Assembly (NCBI GenBank): GCA_002840365.1
Contig: PHAO01000001.1
Span: 239,242 to 303,241, forward strand
Direction: 5' to 3'
Length of the DNA: 64,000 nt
From: Candidatus Dojkabacteria bacterium HGW-Dojkabacteria-1
GTDB lineage: Bacteria > Patescibacteriota > Dojkabacteria > SC72
This document shows, piece by piece, positions 19,626 to 29,450 of this stretch. Each line of letters starts with the position of its first letter. Position 1 is the stretch's first letter. The notes under the pieces are model-generated. The model was not told the origin of the DNA, did no database searches, and saw only the letters and a list, made by a program, of their open reading frames with translations. A program made the translations under genes and the position numbers.

Positions 19626-21640
19626 TTATCTCTTATTCTGACAATATATCTTTGTCCATGACCAAACACTTCATCCATATCACCTTCTTTTACAACGAAG
19701 ATTTTTATTCTACCATCATTGTGTCTGTTTGAATCTGCTACAAGCAGTACTGTTTCTCCTCTTTCATCTTTGATTTTATCCAGTATTAATCCGATATGTC
19801 CTGTAGGTTTTCCAGTACCTGCCATTGGGGCACCATCTACTCTTACAAAAAGGTCCCCGGGGTTATAATCATCAATACTAAGTTCTCCTCCTGCAATGGC
19901 TTGGGCTCCATAGTTTGTTGCCATAGACCTTTTCTCTTTATAGGTGTAATTTCTGAGTCCTTCGGGTATTAATTCTCTAGCACTATCTGCTGGAGCACTT
20001 CCAACGTATGGTATTGGTATTTCTGGATACAGCCAGGAGGCCATCATCACAAAGCCTACACATTGTAATGGTTGGTTTTTTACTTGTGCAGTTGTTGATA
20101 ACATAAGTATTCTATCAACCCTTTCTTTGTTTTCTTCTGTAACATACTTTTTATACCAATCAGAGTTTCTTAGGTATTCATTTAATCTTTGTGGATTCTC
20201 ATAGGTATATGTATTTACAGACTCTTGTAATTCCAATACGTTTTTCAAGGTTGAGTTTTGCTCTATTCTTTCTGAAAAAAGTCGTAAATCTTCTACGTTG
20301 TATATTAAATCAGCAGAGTTTTGCATTTGTATATCAATGGGATGATTTAATACATTTATGTCCATTTGATTGTCATTTAGTCTCTCTTGGTGTTGTGAAC
20401 TTCTGAAATATCTGTAGTTTTCAAGGTCTATTGCTAATTTTTCTGTTTGATCTTTTGGAGGAAAGTCTTCAAATGAAAGCGAAACTACAAGAAAGACATC
20501 TGAAAGACCTCCTACACCATCTTTCTCGGTTGCACTATATGGTAAATCAGAGGGAGTTGTAAAAGTTTTAATATGAAGATATTTGTCTTCACCTTGAACC
20601 CATCGAAAGTCAAATGTTTCTCTATCATTGTAATCTACTGTTGCATCTACAAGATATTCAGAAGGACTAAAAGGTCCTTGTGCATACCTTACTGGATGAG
20701 CCCATTGTTCCAAAATTTTGTATTGATTGGTATTTTGTAGATGAACGAGTGCAGAGGTTCCAGTTGCCATTGCGCAGACCCCCCCTCCTTTTACCTTGGA
20801 TTTGGAACTTGTTAGTCCGTATTCGTACTCATTTTTTTTGTTTAAATCTTTTAAACCAATCATATTTAAATATGATTGTTCTGTATTTTTTCTTAGAGGC
20901 CCATTTACATCTTGGTACTCAGACATATTTCTGAGAGCAATTAAGGTATTTGTAACTTTATTAGGATATATGAAATCCTCTGTTACTACATATGATACTA
21001 TTTTACTATTTGTTTCCTTCTCTTTGGTAAACTCTATCTCCGTCCCATTTTCGTCTGTGGCACCAAGGAGCACAGCTGAGACAAAGTTTGCACCAAATGT
21101 ATTCGCGATTAGACCTAATTTAATTTTTTCTCCATTGGGTCCGGTAATATTTCTTATTTCCGCTATTTCAAAACTGTGTCCGTAAGGAACTATTATTTCT
21201 TTAACCTCTCTTCTTTCATCTACAAAATTATCTTTTCTAAGAGGAATCATGTACATCGAAGTTTCATTTAATATTTCTATACCATATCCTGGTTCTTTTG
21301 CTTCAATTTTTTCTATTTTATATTCACTCCAGTCAGTAATATTTAAAATCTCATGATTAAAGGGCTTACTTTCTTGTGATATTGTTTGTTCAGTAGGTGT
21401 TTCAACAAGGGTTTGTATTGAAGGTGTTAGCGTAGGTGTCGCAAAGCTAGGCGCTTTTGCAGTATTTGTATATTCGAACCCCATGGGGGTAGCAAGGGTT
21501 TCAGTAACTGGTGGTTCTGTAACAGCTTCTTCTGCTTTTGCTTGTGCGGATTGGCCTATATTTGTACATCCTGTAACAGCAGAGGCGAGAAGAGATGTTA
21601 CAGTAAGAAGTTCTACTGCTTTGTTGTGTTTTCCTTCCAT
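19622..21640 (-). CDS. Lipoprotein with VanW-like domain and C-terminal CHAP/NlpC-like domain
   Basis: Lipobox VTGC; GGGVCAMAT and DATV..DFRW (VanW-like); QCVGFV...PGDLFV...GHIGL...ADSN (CHAP-like). Confidence 0.6.
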   Translation of the reverse strand: MEGKHNKAVELLTVTSLLASAVTGCTNIGQSAQAKAEEAVTEPPVTETLATPMGFEYTNTAKAPSFATPTLTPSIQTLVETPTEQTISQESKPFNHEILNITDWSEYKIEKIEAKEPGYGIEILNETSMYMIPLRKDNFVDERREVKEIIVPYGHSFEIAEIRNITGPNGEKIKLGLIANTFGANFVSAVLLGATDENGTEIEFTKEKETNSKIVSYVVTEDFIYPNKVTNTLIALRNMSEYQDVNGPLRKNTEQSYLNMIGLKDLNKKNEYEYGLTSSKSKVKGGGVCAMATGTSALVHLQNTNQYKILEQWAHPVRYAQGPFSPSEYLVDATVDYNDRETFDFRWVQGEDKYLHIKTFTTPSDLPYSATEKDGVGGLSDVFLVVSLSFEDFPPKDQTEKLAIDLENYRYFRSSQHQERLNDNQMDINVLNHPIDIQMQNSADLIYNVEDLRLFSERIEQNSTLKNVLELQESVNTYTYENPQRLNEYLRNSDWYKKYVTEENKERVDRILMLSTTAQVKNQPLQCVGFVMMASWLYPEIPIPYVGSAPADSARELIPEGLRNYTYKEKRSMATNYGAQAIAGGELSIDDYNPGDLFVRVDGAPMAGTGKPTGHIGLILDKIKDERGETVLLVADSNRHNDGRIKIFVVKEGDMDEVFGHGQRYIVRIRDN

Positions 21641-21641
21641 T

Positions 21642-24600
21642 TTATGTTCTTGCTATCTTAAGATTTCTGTTAATCAATTTTCTTCCCTTAGTTGATATTT
21701 CTGTTTTACCTTCTACAATCTTTATACCACTATCTGTTGTTTCTATAATATATTCTCCTTTCTCTGAGATATCAAATGAGTATCTCCCTTCCGAGTCTGT
21801 AACTCTTTTTGCTACTACCTTATCAAAATCTTTGTCCTTAAGTATGAGTATGATATTTACAGCGGGTGTACCATTTTCATAAAGAACTTTTCCTGTTTTT
21901 CTTCTCATACCAATAATGCTTTTTACAAGAACATATGTGGTTGGAATGTAAAGTAGTAATATCGCTAGGTTTTGTGTAATTGGATTCTTTGAGTATACAT
22001 ATGAAGCTATTGTAATACCTCCAAGGAAGAGAATTAGGTTTATGATTGGTAGTATAGATGAAGCAAAACTTCTGAAGAGAGTAAATGCTTTCTTTTGTAT
22101 TGCTTTCTGATCTGGGTCTATGGGGATTACAACATTTATTTCATTTTCCTTAAGCAGTATCTTTTCTCCGTGGTATACATTGGAAAGTGGGTAATCTTCC
22201 TTTCCAAGTATTAGTTTAGATGGGAAGTCATAGTTTCTTCCTTTCACTTCAAGTATATATTCTCCGGTAGGGATGTCTGTTCTAAAGAGTCCATACCCAT
22301 CTGTTACTGCAGTATCAACAAGTTTTTTCTCAAGATCATATATTCTAACAATTGCTTGCTGTATTGGTGCTCTTGTAATTGAATCATATACATATCCAGC
22401 AGGGTATCTCTTTCTTCTAAACCCTATTGAGCTTAGGATGTTGATAAAGATTTGTGACATAGCATATCCTACCTGTCCAAGGTTTCCTAAGATTGATGCT
22501 AATCCTACTGAAACAGTAACTGCAGTAGCAGTAGCTGATACCGTAGTGAGTCTTTCTTTTTCTATATTTCCCAGTGGTGAGCTATCAAGTAAATTGAATG
22601 TTGTAGTTACTACTCCCTCTACTGCATTAGAGATGTTGTCCCTTATTCTTCCTGTTGTTGGTATTACTGCTGGTTTCTCATACAGTTCTCCCTGTGCACC
22701 TGTTCCTCTTAGTCCATCTGCTATCCAATATGTTACTCCTGATATACTTGCTTGAGATACTGTTACATCATTTCCTTCGACTTTTAGCTTTTGAGGGAAG
22801 TTTCCTGTATACAGGACTGCTTTGTTACAATCAACTTTTATTTCTTCTAAGCTTCTTGCTTCTGGACATATTCTAAATGCGTTGTCTGAATCCTTTTTAA
22901 CTACATACATAGTATACTTATCTGTTAATCCATGTGTAGTATTAAGCTTCACAACAGTCTTACCTTGTTGTGGAGAAGTTTGAATAATTGCATTACTCCA
23001 GTCTCTGTTGTTCTCAAATGATATTGGTAAGTCAGCTACAACAAAATCTTCAGTTAAGATTCTTACTGTTTGAACACCTGTTTGTGCTCCTTCAACATTA
23101 CTTACATCAATATTTCTGTTGTCTACAAGTATAGTACTTATGTTTTCAGGCTTGTTAAGAATAATGGAGAATGTTTTACCTGTATTACTTTCTACAAATG
23201 CAGTTTCTACATTTGCATTGTTAATAGCCTTAACTCTAAATGCATATTGGGCTCCAGGTTCAAGAGATCTAATTGTTAAACCGGTATTTCCTCCCCATGA
23301 TGAATGCGTTCCCCAAACGACATTGTCTACAAGTTGCATGGTTGTATAGTCAAGATATTTTCCAGTGTTACTTTCCTGTATTGCAAATCTTGTAGTAGTG
23401 GGGTTTCCATTTCTGTCGAATCTTATCCTACCTGTACTTCCTCCTACGGTTTCAAAGATTAGGTCTCTTGGAAGGTTGGCCCATGTGGTAGCAGAAATTG
23501 TTTCAGAGAATCCTGAGAACAAATTATCTGAGTTAACGCTTCTTACTCTAAAGGTATATGTTGTATTTGGTGGAAGATTTGCTAATGTGAAGTTACTGTT
23601 TACTCTTGTATCATCATGTATTACTGTTGCAGTTGTAAATCTGTTTTCGTTATCAATATTTCCATTTGTTACTGCTTCAACCAATTGATATCTTGTATTT
23701 GCAGGATTAAGATTCTTGTCTACAGTTAATTCTATTGAACTTCCACTAATTACTCTTGCTCTTACACTTGGTACTCTTGAGAAGGTATGTGCACTTATTG
23801 ATTGGGAACAATCTGTTTCAAGATTTTGAGAGTTTCTTGCTCTTACACAGAATGTATATCTTGTATTGGCTTCTAGGTTTTGAATATTTACTCCACTGTT
23901 ACTACCGAAATCTTGTAAGGATCTCCATACAGGTTGTGTATCGAATACTCTTGTTGATGGATTCACATTCTGATTACGATTTACTTCCATTAATCTGTAT
24001 GTAGTAGAGGTGTTGTTACTGTTAGCATTAATCACTACAGACATTGTAGTTGTATCAATTGCTGTTACAGAGGTAATAGCTGGTTGGTAAGAAAGAGTAA
24101 TGATACTTACTTCATTACCATATTCTGTCTCTATGGAGTCATCATTAAGGGCTTTTACTCTGAAGGTATATTCTGTATTTGGTAATAGTCCATATACGGT
24201 TATTCCATTATTTGAGCCCAACTGTATATATGTTGCATAGTAGGGTGAGTCCTGAAGTAATTGAGAGTTAGTATTAAGATATTTCCCAGAGATTTTTTCT
24301 TGTAGAAGATATCTAGTAGTAGAAGGATTATTATTTGTATTTACAGTTAAGTCAACACTGTCAGCAGTATATTTTCCTGCTGTAATATTTTGTAATGATG
24401 GTACATTTGCAAACGTTATTGCAGAAACCACATTACTAAATGTACTCTCTGCAATACTGTTGTATATTTTCATTTTCCTTGAGTAAGAGGTATTAGGTTG
24501 CAGGTTGTTTTCTGTACAGCTAAGTATTTCTGTCCCAAGACAGGTTTTAATTAATACTCCATTTTCGTTATACAACTTAATACCTAATATACTGTCTGTA

Positions 24601-27600
24601 TATTCAGATATTCTCCATGTTATTTGACTACTTGAATCAACAACTGGAGCTATTGCTGTGATTGGTGAGAGTAGGGTAGTAGCAGAGGATGTTCCAGAGA
24701 AGTCCGTTTCAACATTTTCTCCATTTCTTGCTTTAACCTTGAAAGTGTATGTTGTTCCTGAATTTAACCCTATTACACTAAATGGTGTTAAATCTGCATT
24801 GTTCTCTCCCCAGAATGGAGTTGCTTGTAATTCTCCTGTTGTTAAATTTAGATATTTGCCTGTAAATGTTTCTTGTATTAGAAGCTCAGTATATTCTGGA
24901 TTTGCTCCATTCAGTACTCTTAGAGATATTGTTGAATTACTTGTAGCATATACATCTGTAAGACTTGGTGTTGTTGCGAGTGTATATGTAGAAATTTGGG
25001 TTGAATAAAGGGTTTCTTGTCCATCGAAGTTTCTTGCTTTTACTCTGAATGTGTACTGTGTATTTGGTTGTAATCCTATTGCTACATCTGATGTACTTTT
25101 AATCCACTCCCTTATTCCCGAATCACATCCTGTTTCTATACATTCAAAGAAGAGTCCAGAATCTCCTGTTGAGAGATTGTTTACTCCAGTTGCATTAAGA
25201 GATACAGAGGTAGTAGAGAGTGGGCCTGCAGAGAGAGTCGGTACACTTGCTTGAGTATATATGGTTATTGTATCTGAATATTCTGTTTCAACATTATCTC
25301 CATTTCTAGCTTTTACCTTAAATGTATATGGTGTGTTGTTTGAGAGTCCTGTTACGGTAGGATTATTGTCTAGTGTCCATACATTAATATTTGTATCGCA
25401 ACTACCCTCGCAATCAAAGTACAGTTCTCCACCATTTACTGGTTGTGTTGCTGTGAGAGATATTGAAGTATCTGTCTTAACTCCAGAATATTGTATTGTT
25501 GGAACAGATACTAATGTATATGCACTTGCGCTGTTTGAGGGAGAGCTTTCTGCTTCATTGTTAAATACGATTGCGTATCTTGTATATTGTGTATTTTCAG
25601 AGAGATTCTCTTCATCACAATATGTTAGATTTTGACCTACACAAGTTACTTTAAGAATGTCATTTTCATCATACAGCATTATTCCTTCCTCTCCACTTGC
25701 ATTATCAACGAATTCCCAACGCATTGATGTGGTCGTAAGTGGTGTTCCTTTAAACTCTGTTACAGTGTTTGGTACATCAAGCATTTTAAAAGTAGCTGTT
25801 GAGGACCAAGGGCTTTCTGTACCAGGTGTATCTATGAATCTTATCCTCCAAAAGTATGTTACTCCGTTTAGTGAAAGAGCTACTCCTTCATATTGAATTG
25901 GTATTGATCTTAAGCCATTCTCAATCCGGTCACTTCCTAAAAGCGCTATATATCCACTATCCCACATAGTTGTACCTGTAAAGGAAGAATTTGTATTTAC
26001 TTGGACTTGATAATGAGTTCCAAGATCTGAAGGATCAGAATCAGTAAAGACTGCACTAAACTGAGGCTGTAATGTTGTTACTTGGGTTGGATTTGTTTGA
26101 TTGTTTGTTTCAAGTGAAGATGGTGCATTAGGTGTAGAATTCATCTTGAAGGTATTTGTTGACGACCAACCACTAACAGATCCATTTACATCCCATACTC
26201 TCATTCTCCAGTAATATGTAGTACCATCAAGTGTCAAAGTATTTCCTTGGTATGTTATATTTGGAGTTCTTGTATTGTTTGCAGTTGTGGCCATAGAGGT
26301 CTCACCACTATCCCACATAGTTGTACCTGTAAAGGAAGAATTTGTATTTACTTGTATCTGATACTTGTTACCACTGTCACCATCAGGGTCTGTAAACAAA
26401 GCGCTGAAATTAGGTTGTGTGTTTGTAATAGAGGTTGGATTTACTAATCCTTCCGTTTGTAGTTGTGTTGGGGCGCTTGCAGGAGTATTCATCCTGAAAG
26501 ATGCTGCAGAGGACCATGCCCCTTCTGCACCTTTGTTATCCCAGTATTTTATTCTCCAGTAATATGTAACTCCATTCAAAGTGAGATTAGATTGTCCATA
26601 TGTAATATTTGGTCCTCTTGTTCCTCTTGTTACTGCAGAGATATTTATTTTTCCACTATCCCACATCGTAGTACCATTAAACGCTGATGTTGTATTTACT
26701 TGTAATTGATATGACACCCCTGTATCTCCAGTATCTGGATCATTGAAAATTGCACTGAAAATAGGGTTCATTGTTGTTACTCTCGTAGGATTTGTAGCAT
26801 CATTTGTTGTAAGGCTTGTAGGTGCTGTTGGAGGTGCGTTGTAAGTCTCCTCCGCGCTTTGGGAGACATTTACAGATGCTTTTCTTTGAGCAAAAATGGT
26901 TGTTATGTATGGTGGGAGTGCTTGTACTGCGGATGTTGTCGCTGTACAGCTATGAGTATGTGTATCATGCACGAAGGCTGAACCTGAAACCCTATATATT
27001 CCCTGAGAACTTGCACTCTGTCCTCCCGTTGTAACACTTATACTGTGGGTGTGTGTTGCTCCTGCGTATGAAGAACCTGCTGTTACAGCTCCAAGTGGAA
27101 ATTTTCCATCAAGAGCGGAAAATCTTGTCCAGCCGTATGGTGGAAGAGCTGTTGTCATTTCAATAATGCCGTTACTGGCATATGTTAAGGTAGAAGCCTG
27201 TCCATATGTTACTGAATAATATGGAATGTTATTATTTCCTGCTGTAGTAGTGGTACTGTTCGTCGTATGGAAGTGGTTTGCCGCAGCACTTGTACTACTG
27301 TGGGCGTCCTTACTATCCCTAGAATTGTTTGTTCCAGTATTGTATCCACCCGTGGCACTATGTGTATGTGTTGCAGATCCCCCACTTGCTACAAACCCAT
27401 TTCCACCCTTTGGATATCTTCCTGTGAGAGTTGAATAGTAAGTGAAATTAGCAGCTAGAGTTGTTGAGTTTGTATTAAACATTGCAATGGTATTTGCTGG
27501 ATGTGAGAGAGAAGTGTTTGAACAGTAGTATAGTTGGGTGAATGGGGGGTCAATCGTTGTATCTGTTACATTTACGGTTGCTCCTGTATGAGTATGATTA

Positions 27601-28253
27601 GCTAGCTGTGCAGTAGTGTTGGGAGAATCATCGTCAGCACCATTATGGAAAGTTCCAATTGCTGTTCCAGTTGTACAACTTGCAGTTCCATGATTATGGG
27701 TACCATTGGAACTTGTGCCATAGGAGGAGGAACCATATGGAAATTTCCCATCATATACACTTTCTCTAGTCCATCCACTTGGGCATGATGCAGAAGAAAG
27801 GACAAGGAATTTCCCACTCCAGGATGCTTGTCCACTTGTTGCGGAAGGGTTTGAATAGTAGAGATAAATTGTCTTACCTGCTGCAGGAAGACTTGGAATT
27901 CTGACCCAAACTTGTGTAGTTGTTGTATTACATCCTCCCTCTATCCAGTATGCAAGTAATGTCGTGTCATTACTATCAACAAATCGTAAGTCATTACAAT
28001 TAGATTGTAATTTTCCACTTGATATTAATGTTGATGTATTTACCACTACTAAAACATCTTCGTTTGTAAGGTCGGAACCTGTACCACTAACTGTTAATGT
28101 TCTTCTATTTGCCCAACTACTGTTATACCAGCCCCTTACCTCTTGTACATTCGTACTCATTACAAATATAGCCGTGATTAAACCAGTAAGACTAAGAAGT
28201 GCAATTACAAATATCAATATTTTCCTAAGTTTCTTTTTCTTGGCAGTTTTCAC
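21642..28253 (-). CDS. Giant (2203 aa) surface protein: DUF2341-like, three HxH tail-fibre-like repeats, many FN3 domains, C-terminal membrane module
   Basis: N-terminal TM; DLRFVD...L.YWIE...VWVRIP...YLYY (DUF2341-like); repeated YTF.VKARN FN3 motifs; C-terminal module shared with 10782-12845. Confidence 0.8.
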   Translation of the reverse strand: MKTAKKKKLRKILIFVIALLSLTGLITAIFVMSTNVQEVRGWYNSSWANRRTLTVSGTGSDLTNEDVLVVVNTSTLISSGKLQSNCNDLRFVDSNDTTLLAYWIEGGCNTTTTQVWVRIPSLPAAGKTIYLYYSNPSATSGQASWSGKFLVLSSASCPSGWTRESVYDGKFPYGSSSYGTSSNGTHNHGTASCTTGTAIGTFHNGADDDSPNTTAQLANHTHTGATVNVTDTTIDPPFTQLYYCSNTSLSHPANTIAMFNTNSTTLAANFTYYSTLTGRYPKGGNGFVASGGSATHTHSATGGYNTGTNNSRDSKDAHSSTSAAANHFHTTNSTTTTAGNNNIPYYSVTYGQASTLTYASNGIIEMTTALPPYGWTRFSALDGKFPLGAVTAGSSYAGATHTHSISVTTGGQSASSQGIYRVSGSAFVHDTHTHSCTATTSAVQALPPYITTIFAQRKASVNVSQSAEETYNAPPTAPTSLTTNDATNPTRVTTMNPIFSAIFNDPDTGDTGVSYQLQVNTTSAFNGTTMWDSGKINISAVTRGTRGPNITYGQSNLTLNGVTYYWRIKYWDNKGAEGAWSSAASFRMNTPASAPTQLQTEGLVNPTSITNTQPNFSALFTDPDGDSGNKYQIQVNTNSSFTGTTMWDSGETSMATTANNTRTPNITYQGNTLTLDGTTYYWRMRVWDVNGSVSGWSSTNTFKMNSTPNAPSSLETNNQTNPTQVTTLQPQFSAVFTDSDPSDLGTHYQVQVNTNSSFTGTTMWDSGYIALLGSDRIENGLRSIPIQYEGVALSLNGVTYFWRIRFIDTPGTESPWSSTATFKMLDVPNTVTEFKGTPLTTTSMRWEFVDNASGEEGIMLYDENDILKVTCVGQNLTYCDEENLSENTQYTRYAIVFNNEAESSPSNSASAYTLVSVPTIQYSGVKTDTSISLTATQPVNGGELYFDCEGSCDTNINVWTLDNNPTVTGLSNNTPYTFKVKARNGDNVETEYSDTITIYTQASVPTLSAGPLSTTSVSLNATGVNNLSTGDSGLFFECIETGCDSGIREWIKSTSDVAIGLQPNTQYTFRVKARNFDGQETLYSTQISTYTLATTPSLTDVYATSNSTISLRVLNGANPEYTELLIQETFTGKYLNLTTGELQATPFWGENNADLTPFSVIGLNSGTTYTFKVKARNGENVETDFSGTSSATTLLSPITAIAPVVDSSSQITWRISEYTDSILGIKLYNENGVLIKTCLGTEILSCTENNLQPNTSYSRKMKIYNSIAESTFSNVVSAITFANVPSLQNITAGKYTADSVDLTVNTNNNPSTTRYLLQEKISGKYLNTNSQLLQDSPYYATYIQLGSNNGITVYGLLPNTEYTFRVKALNDDSIETEYGNEVSIITLSYQPAITSVTAIDTTTMSVVINANSNNTSTTYRLMEVNRNQNVNPSTRVFDTQPVWRSLQDFGSNSGVNIQNLEANTRYTFCVRARNSQNLETDCSQSISAHTFSRVPSVRARVISGSSIELTVDKNLNPANTRYQLVEAVTNGNIDNENRFTTATVIHDDTRVNSNFTLANLPPNTTYTFRVRSVNSDNLFSGFSETISATTWANLPRDLIFETVGGSTGRIRFDRNGNPTTTRFAIQESNTGKYLDYTTMQLVDNVVWGTHSSWGGNTGLTIRSLEPGAQYAFRVKAINNANVETAFVESNTGKTFSIILNKPENISTILVDNRNIDVSNVEGAQTGVQTVRILTEDFVVADLPISFENNRDWSNAIIQTSPQQGKTVVKLNTTHGLTDKYTMYVVKKDSDNAFRICPEARSLEEIKVDCNKAVLYTGNFPQKLKVEGNDVTVSQASISGVTYWIADGLRGTGAQGELYEKPAVIPTTGRIRDNISNAVEGVVTTTFNLLDSSPLGNIEKERLTTVSATATAVTVSVGLASILGNLGQVGYAMSQIFINILSSIGFRRKRYPAGYVYDSITRAPIQQAIVRIYDLEKKLVDTAVTDGYGLFRTDIPTGEYILEVKGRNYDFPSKLILGKEDYPLSNVYHGEKILLKENEINVVIPIDPDQKAIQKKAFTLFRSFASSILPIINLILFLGGITIASYVYSKNPITQNLAILLLYIPTTYVLVKSIIGMRRKTGKVLYENGTPAVNIILILKDKDFDKVVAKRVTDSEGRYSFDISEKGEYIIETTDSGIKIVEGKTEISTKGRKLINRNLKIART
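25954..26354. repeat. Exact 50-bp intragenic direct repeat (25954-26003 and 26305-26354)
   Basis: ccactatcccacatagttgtacctgtaaaggaagaatttgtatttacttg occurs twice. Confidence 0.9.
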
Positions 28254-28352
28254 TATTAATATTTAATCAAAATGTGAATCAACAAGCAACAATTTTAATT
28301 TCAAAAAGAACTAAGTTGCATTAAATACTTTTCTTTGGTCTAATTTTAAGAC

Positions 28353-29450
28353 ATGAAAAAAGTTCTTATAGTAATTGGTAGTGCTGGAGGTGGTCATATT
28401 GCATGTGCAAGAGCTATTGAAACAGCACTTTTAAAGTATAAGAAAGAACTGGATATTGAGATTGTAGACCTATTTCAACTCTCTGTATTTACAAAAGGTT
28501 ATGATTTTTACTATTACCTTGTTACTAGATTTAGATTTGTTGAAAAGATATACAATTTTGGATATTGGTTGATAAATAGGAGTAAGGTATTTAGTGAAGT
28601 AGTATTTTTTTTCTCAGTTCTTCCACTATATTCTCCTACTAGAAGATATTTAGAAGAGAAAAAACCTGATTTAGTTATCTGTAACAACGGTCCTACTGTA
28701 AGAGCAGTAGGTATGTGTAAGAAAGAGCTGAATTTTAAATATGTAATTACTGTACCAGACTTAATATCTGTTAATCGTTGGTGGGCTGATGGTAGAGCAG
28801 ATATTATCTTTTCACCAACTAAAGAAGCAGATGAAATATTAAGAAATTACTGTAAAGAATGTAATGTAGTCTCACCTTACTATCCACTGCGTGATGTACC
28901 TATGTATTCGAAAGAGGGGATATTAAGAATTAGAAAAGATATATTTAATGAATACGGATTTGATGTAAACAAGAAAACTATACTTATTACCGGTTGTGGT
29001 ATGGGTACTGGTAATATTGTTCAGGGTTTAATGAGATATATTCGTAAGCATGATTACCAATTTATCATTATGGTTGGAAGAGACAAAGTCTTAGGTAGAG
29101 CTCTTAAATTGATGTTTAAGAAAAATACAAGAGTAGCAATTCAAGGATATACAACAGAAATATTAGATCTTTTTGCAATATCTGATGTGATTATTGCAAA
29201 ACCGGGACCTGCAACTGTACTAGAGATTGAAAAGGTAGGTAAGAAAGCTATCTTTACATATCCAGTTGGGTACCAGGAATGGGGGAACGTTGATTACCTA
29301 CTTACGAATCCTAATTTTAGATATGTTGGTAAAAGGTTTGATTTAATACCAGAGCATATTGAAGAGTTACTTACTATTAAAACAAAAAAGCACCAGAGTC
29401 TAATTAAAGACTCCAGTGCTATTGTAGAATATCTGTTTAAACAAAAGTAA
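28353..29450 (+). CDS. GT28/MGDG-synthase-like glycosyltransferase
   Basis: SAGGGH N-terminal motif; SDVIIAKPGPAT; QEWGN. Confidence 0.8.
   Translation: MKKVLIVIGSAGGGHIACARAIETALLKYKKELDIEIVDLFQLSVFTKGYDFYYYLVTRFRFVEKIYNFGYWLINRSKVFSEVVFFFSVLPLYSPTRRYLEEKKPDLVICNNGPTVRAVGMCKKELNFKYVITVPDLISVNRWWADGRADIIFSPTKEADEILRNYCKECNVVSPYYPLRDVPMYSKEGILRIRKDIFNEYGFDVNKKTILITGCGMGTGNIVQGLMRYIRKHDYQFIIMVGRDKVLGRALKLMFKKNTRVAIQGYTTEILDLFAISDVIIAKPGPATVLEIEKVGKKAIFTYPVGYQEWGNVDYLLTNPNFRYVGKRFDLIPEHIEELLTIKTKKHQSLIKDSSAIVEYLFKQK

Noticed and set aside
22273-28266. Numerous short + strand ORFs inside the 2203-aa gene, and similar antisense ORFs elsewhere
   Set aside because: Antisense shadows of real genes caused by codon bias; no motifs or expression signals.
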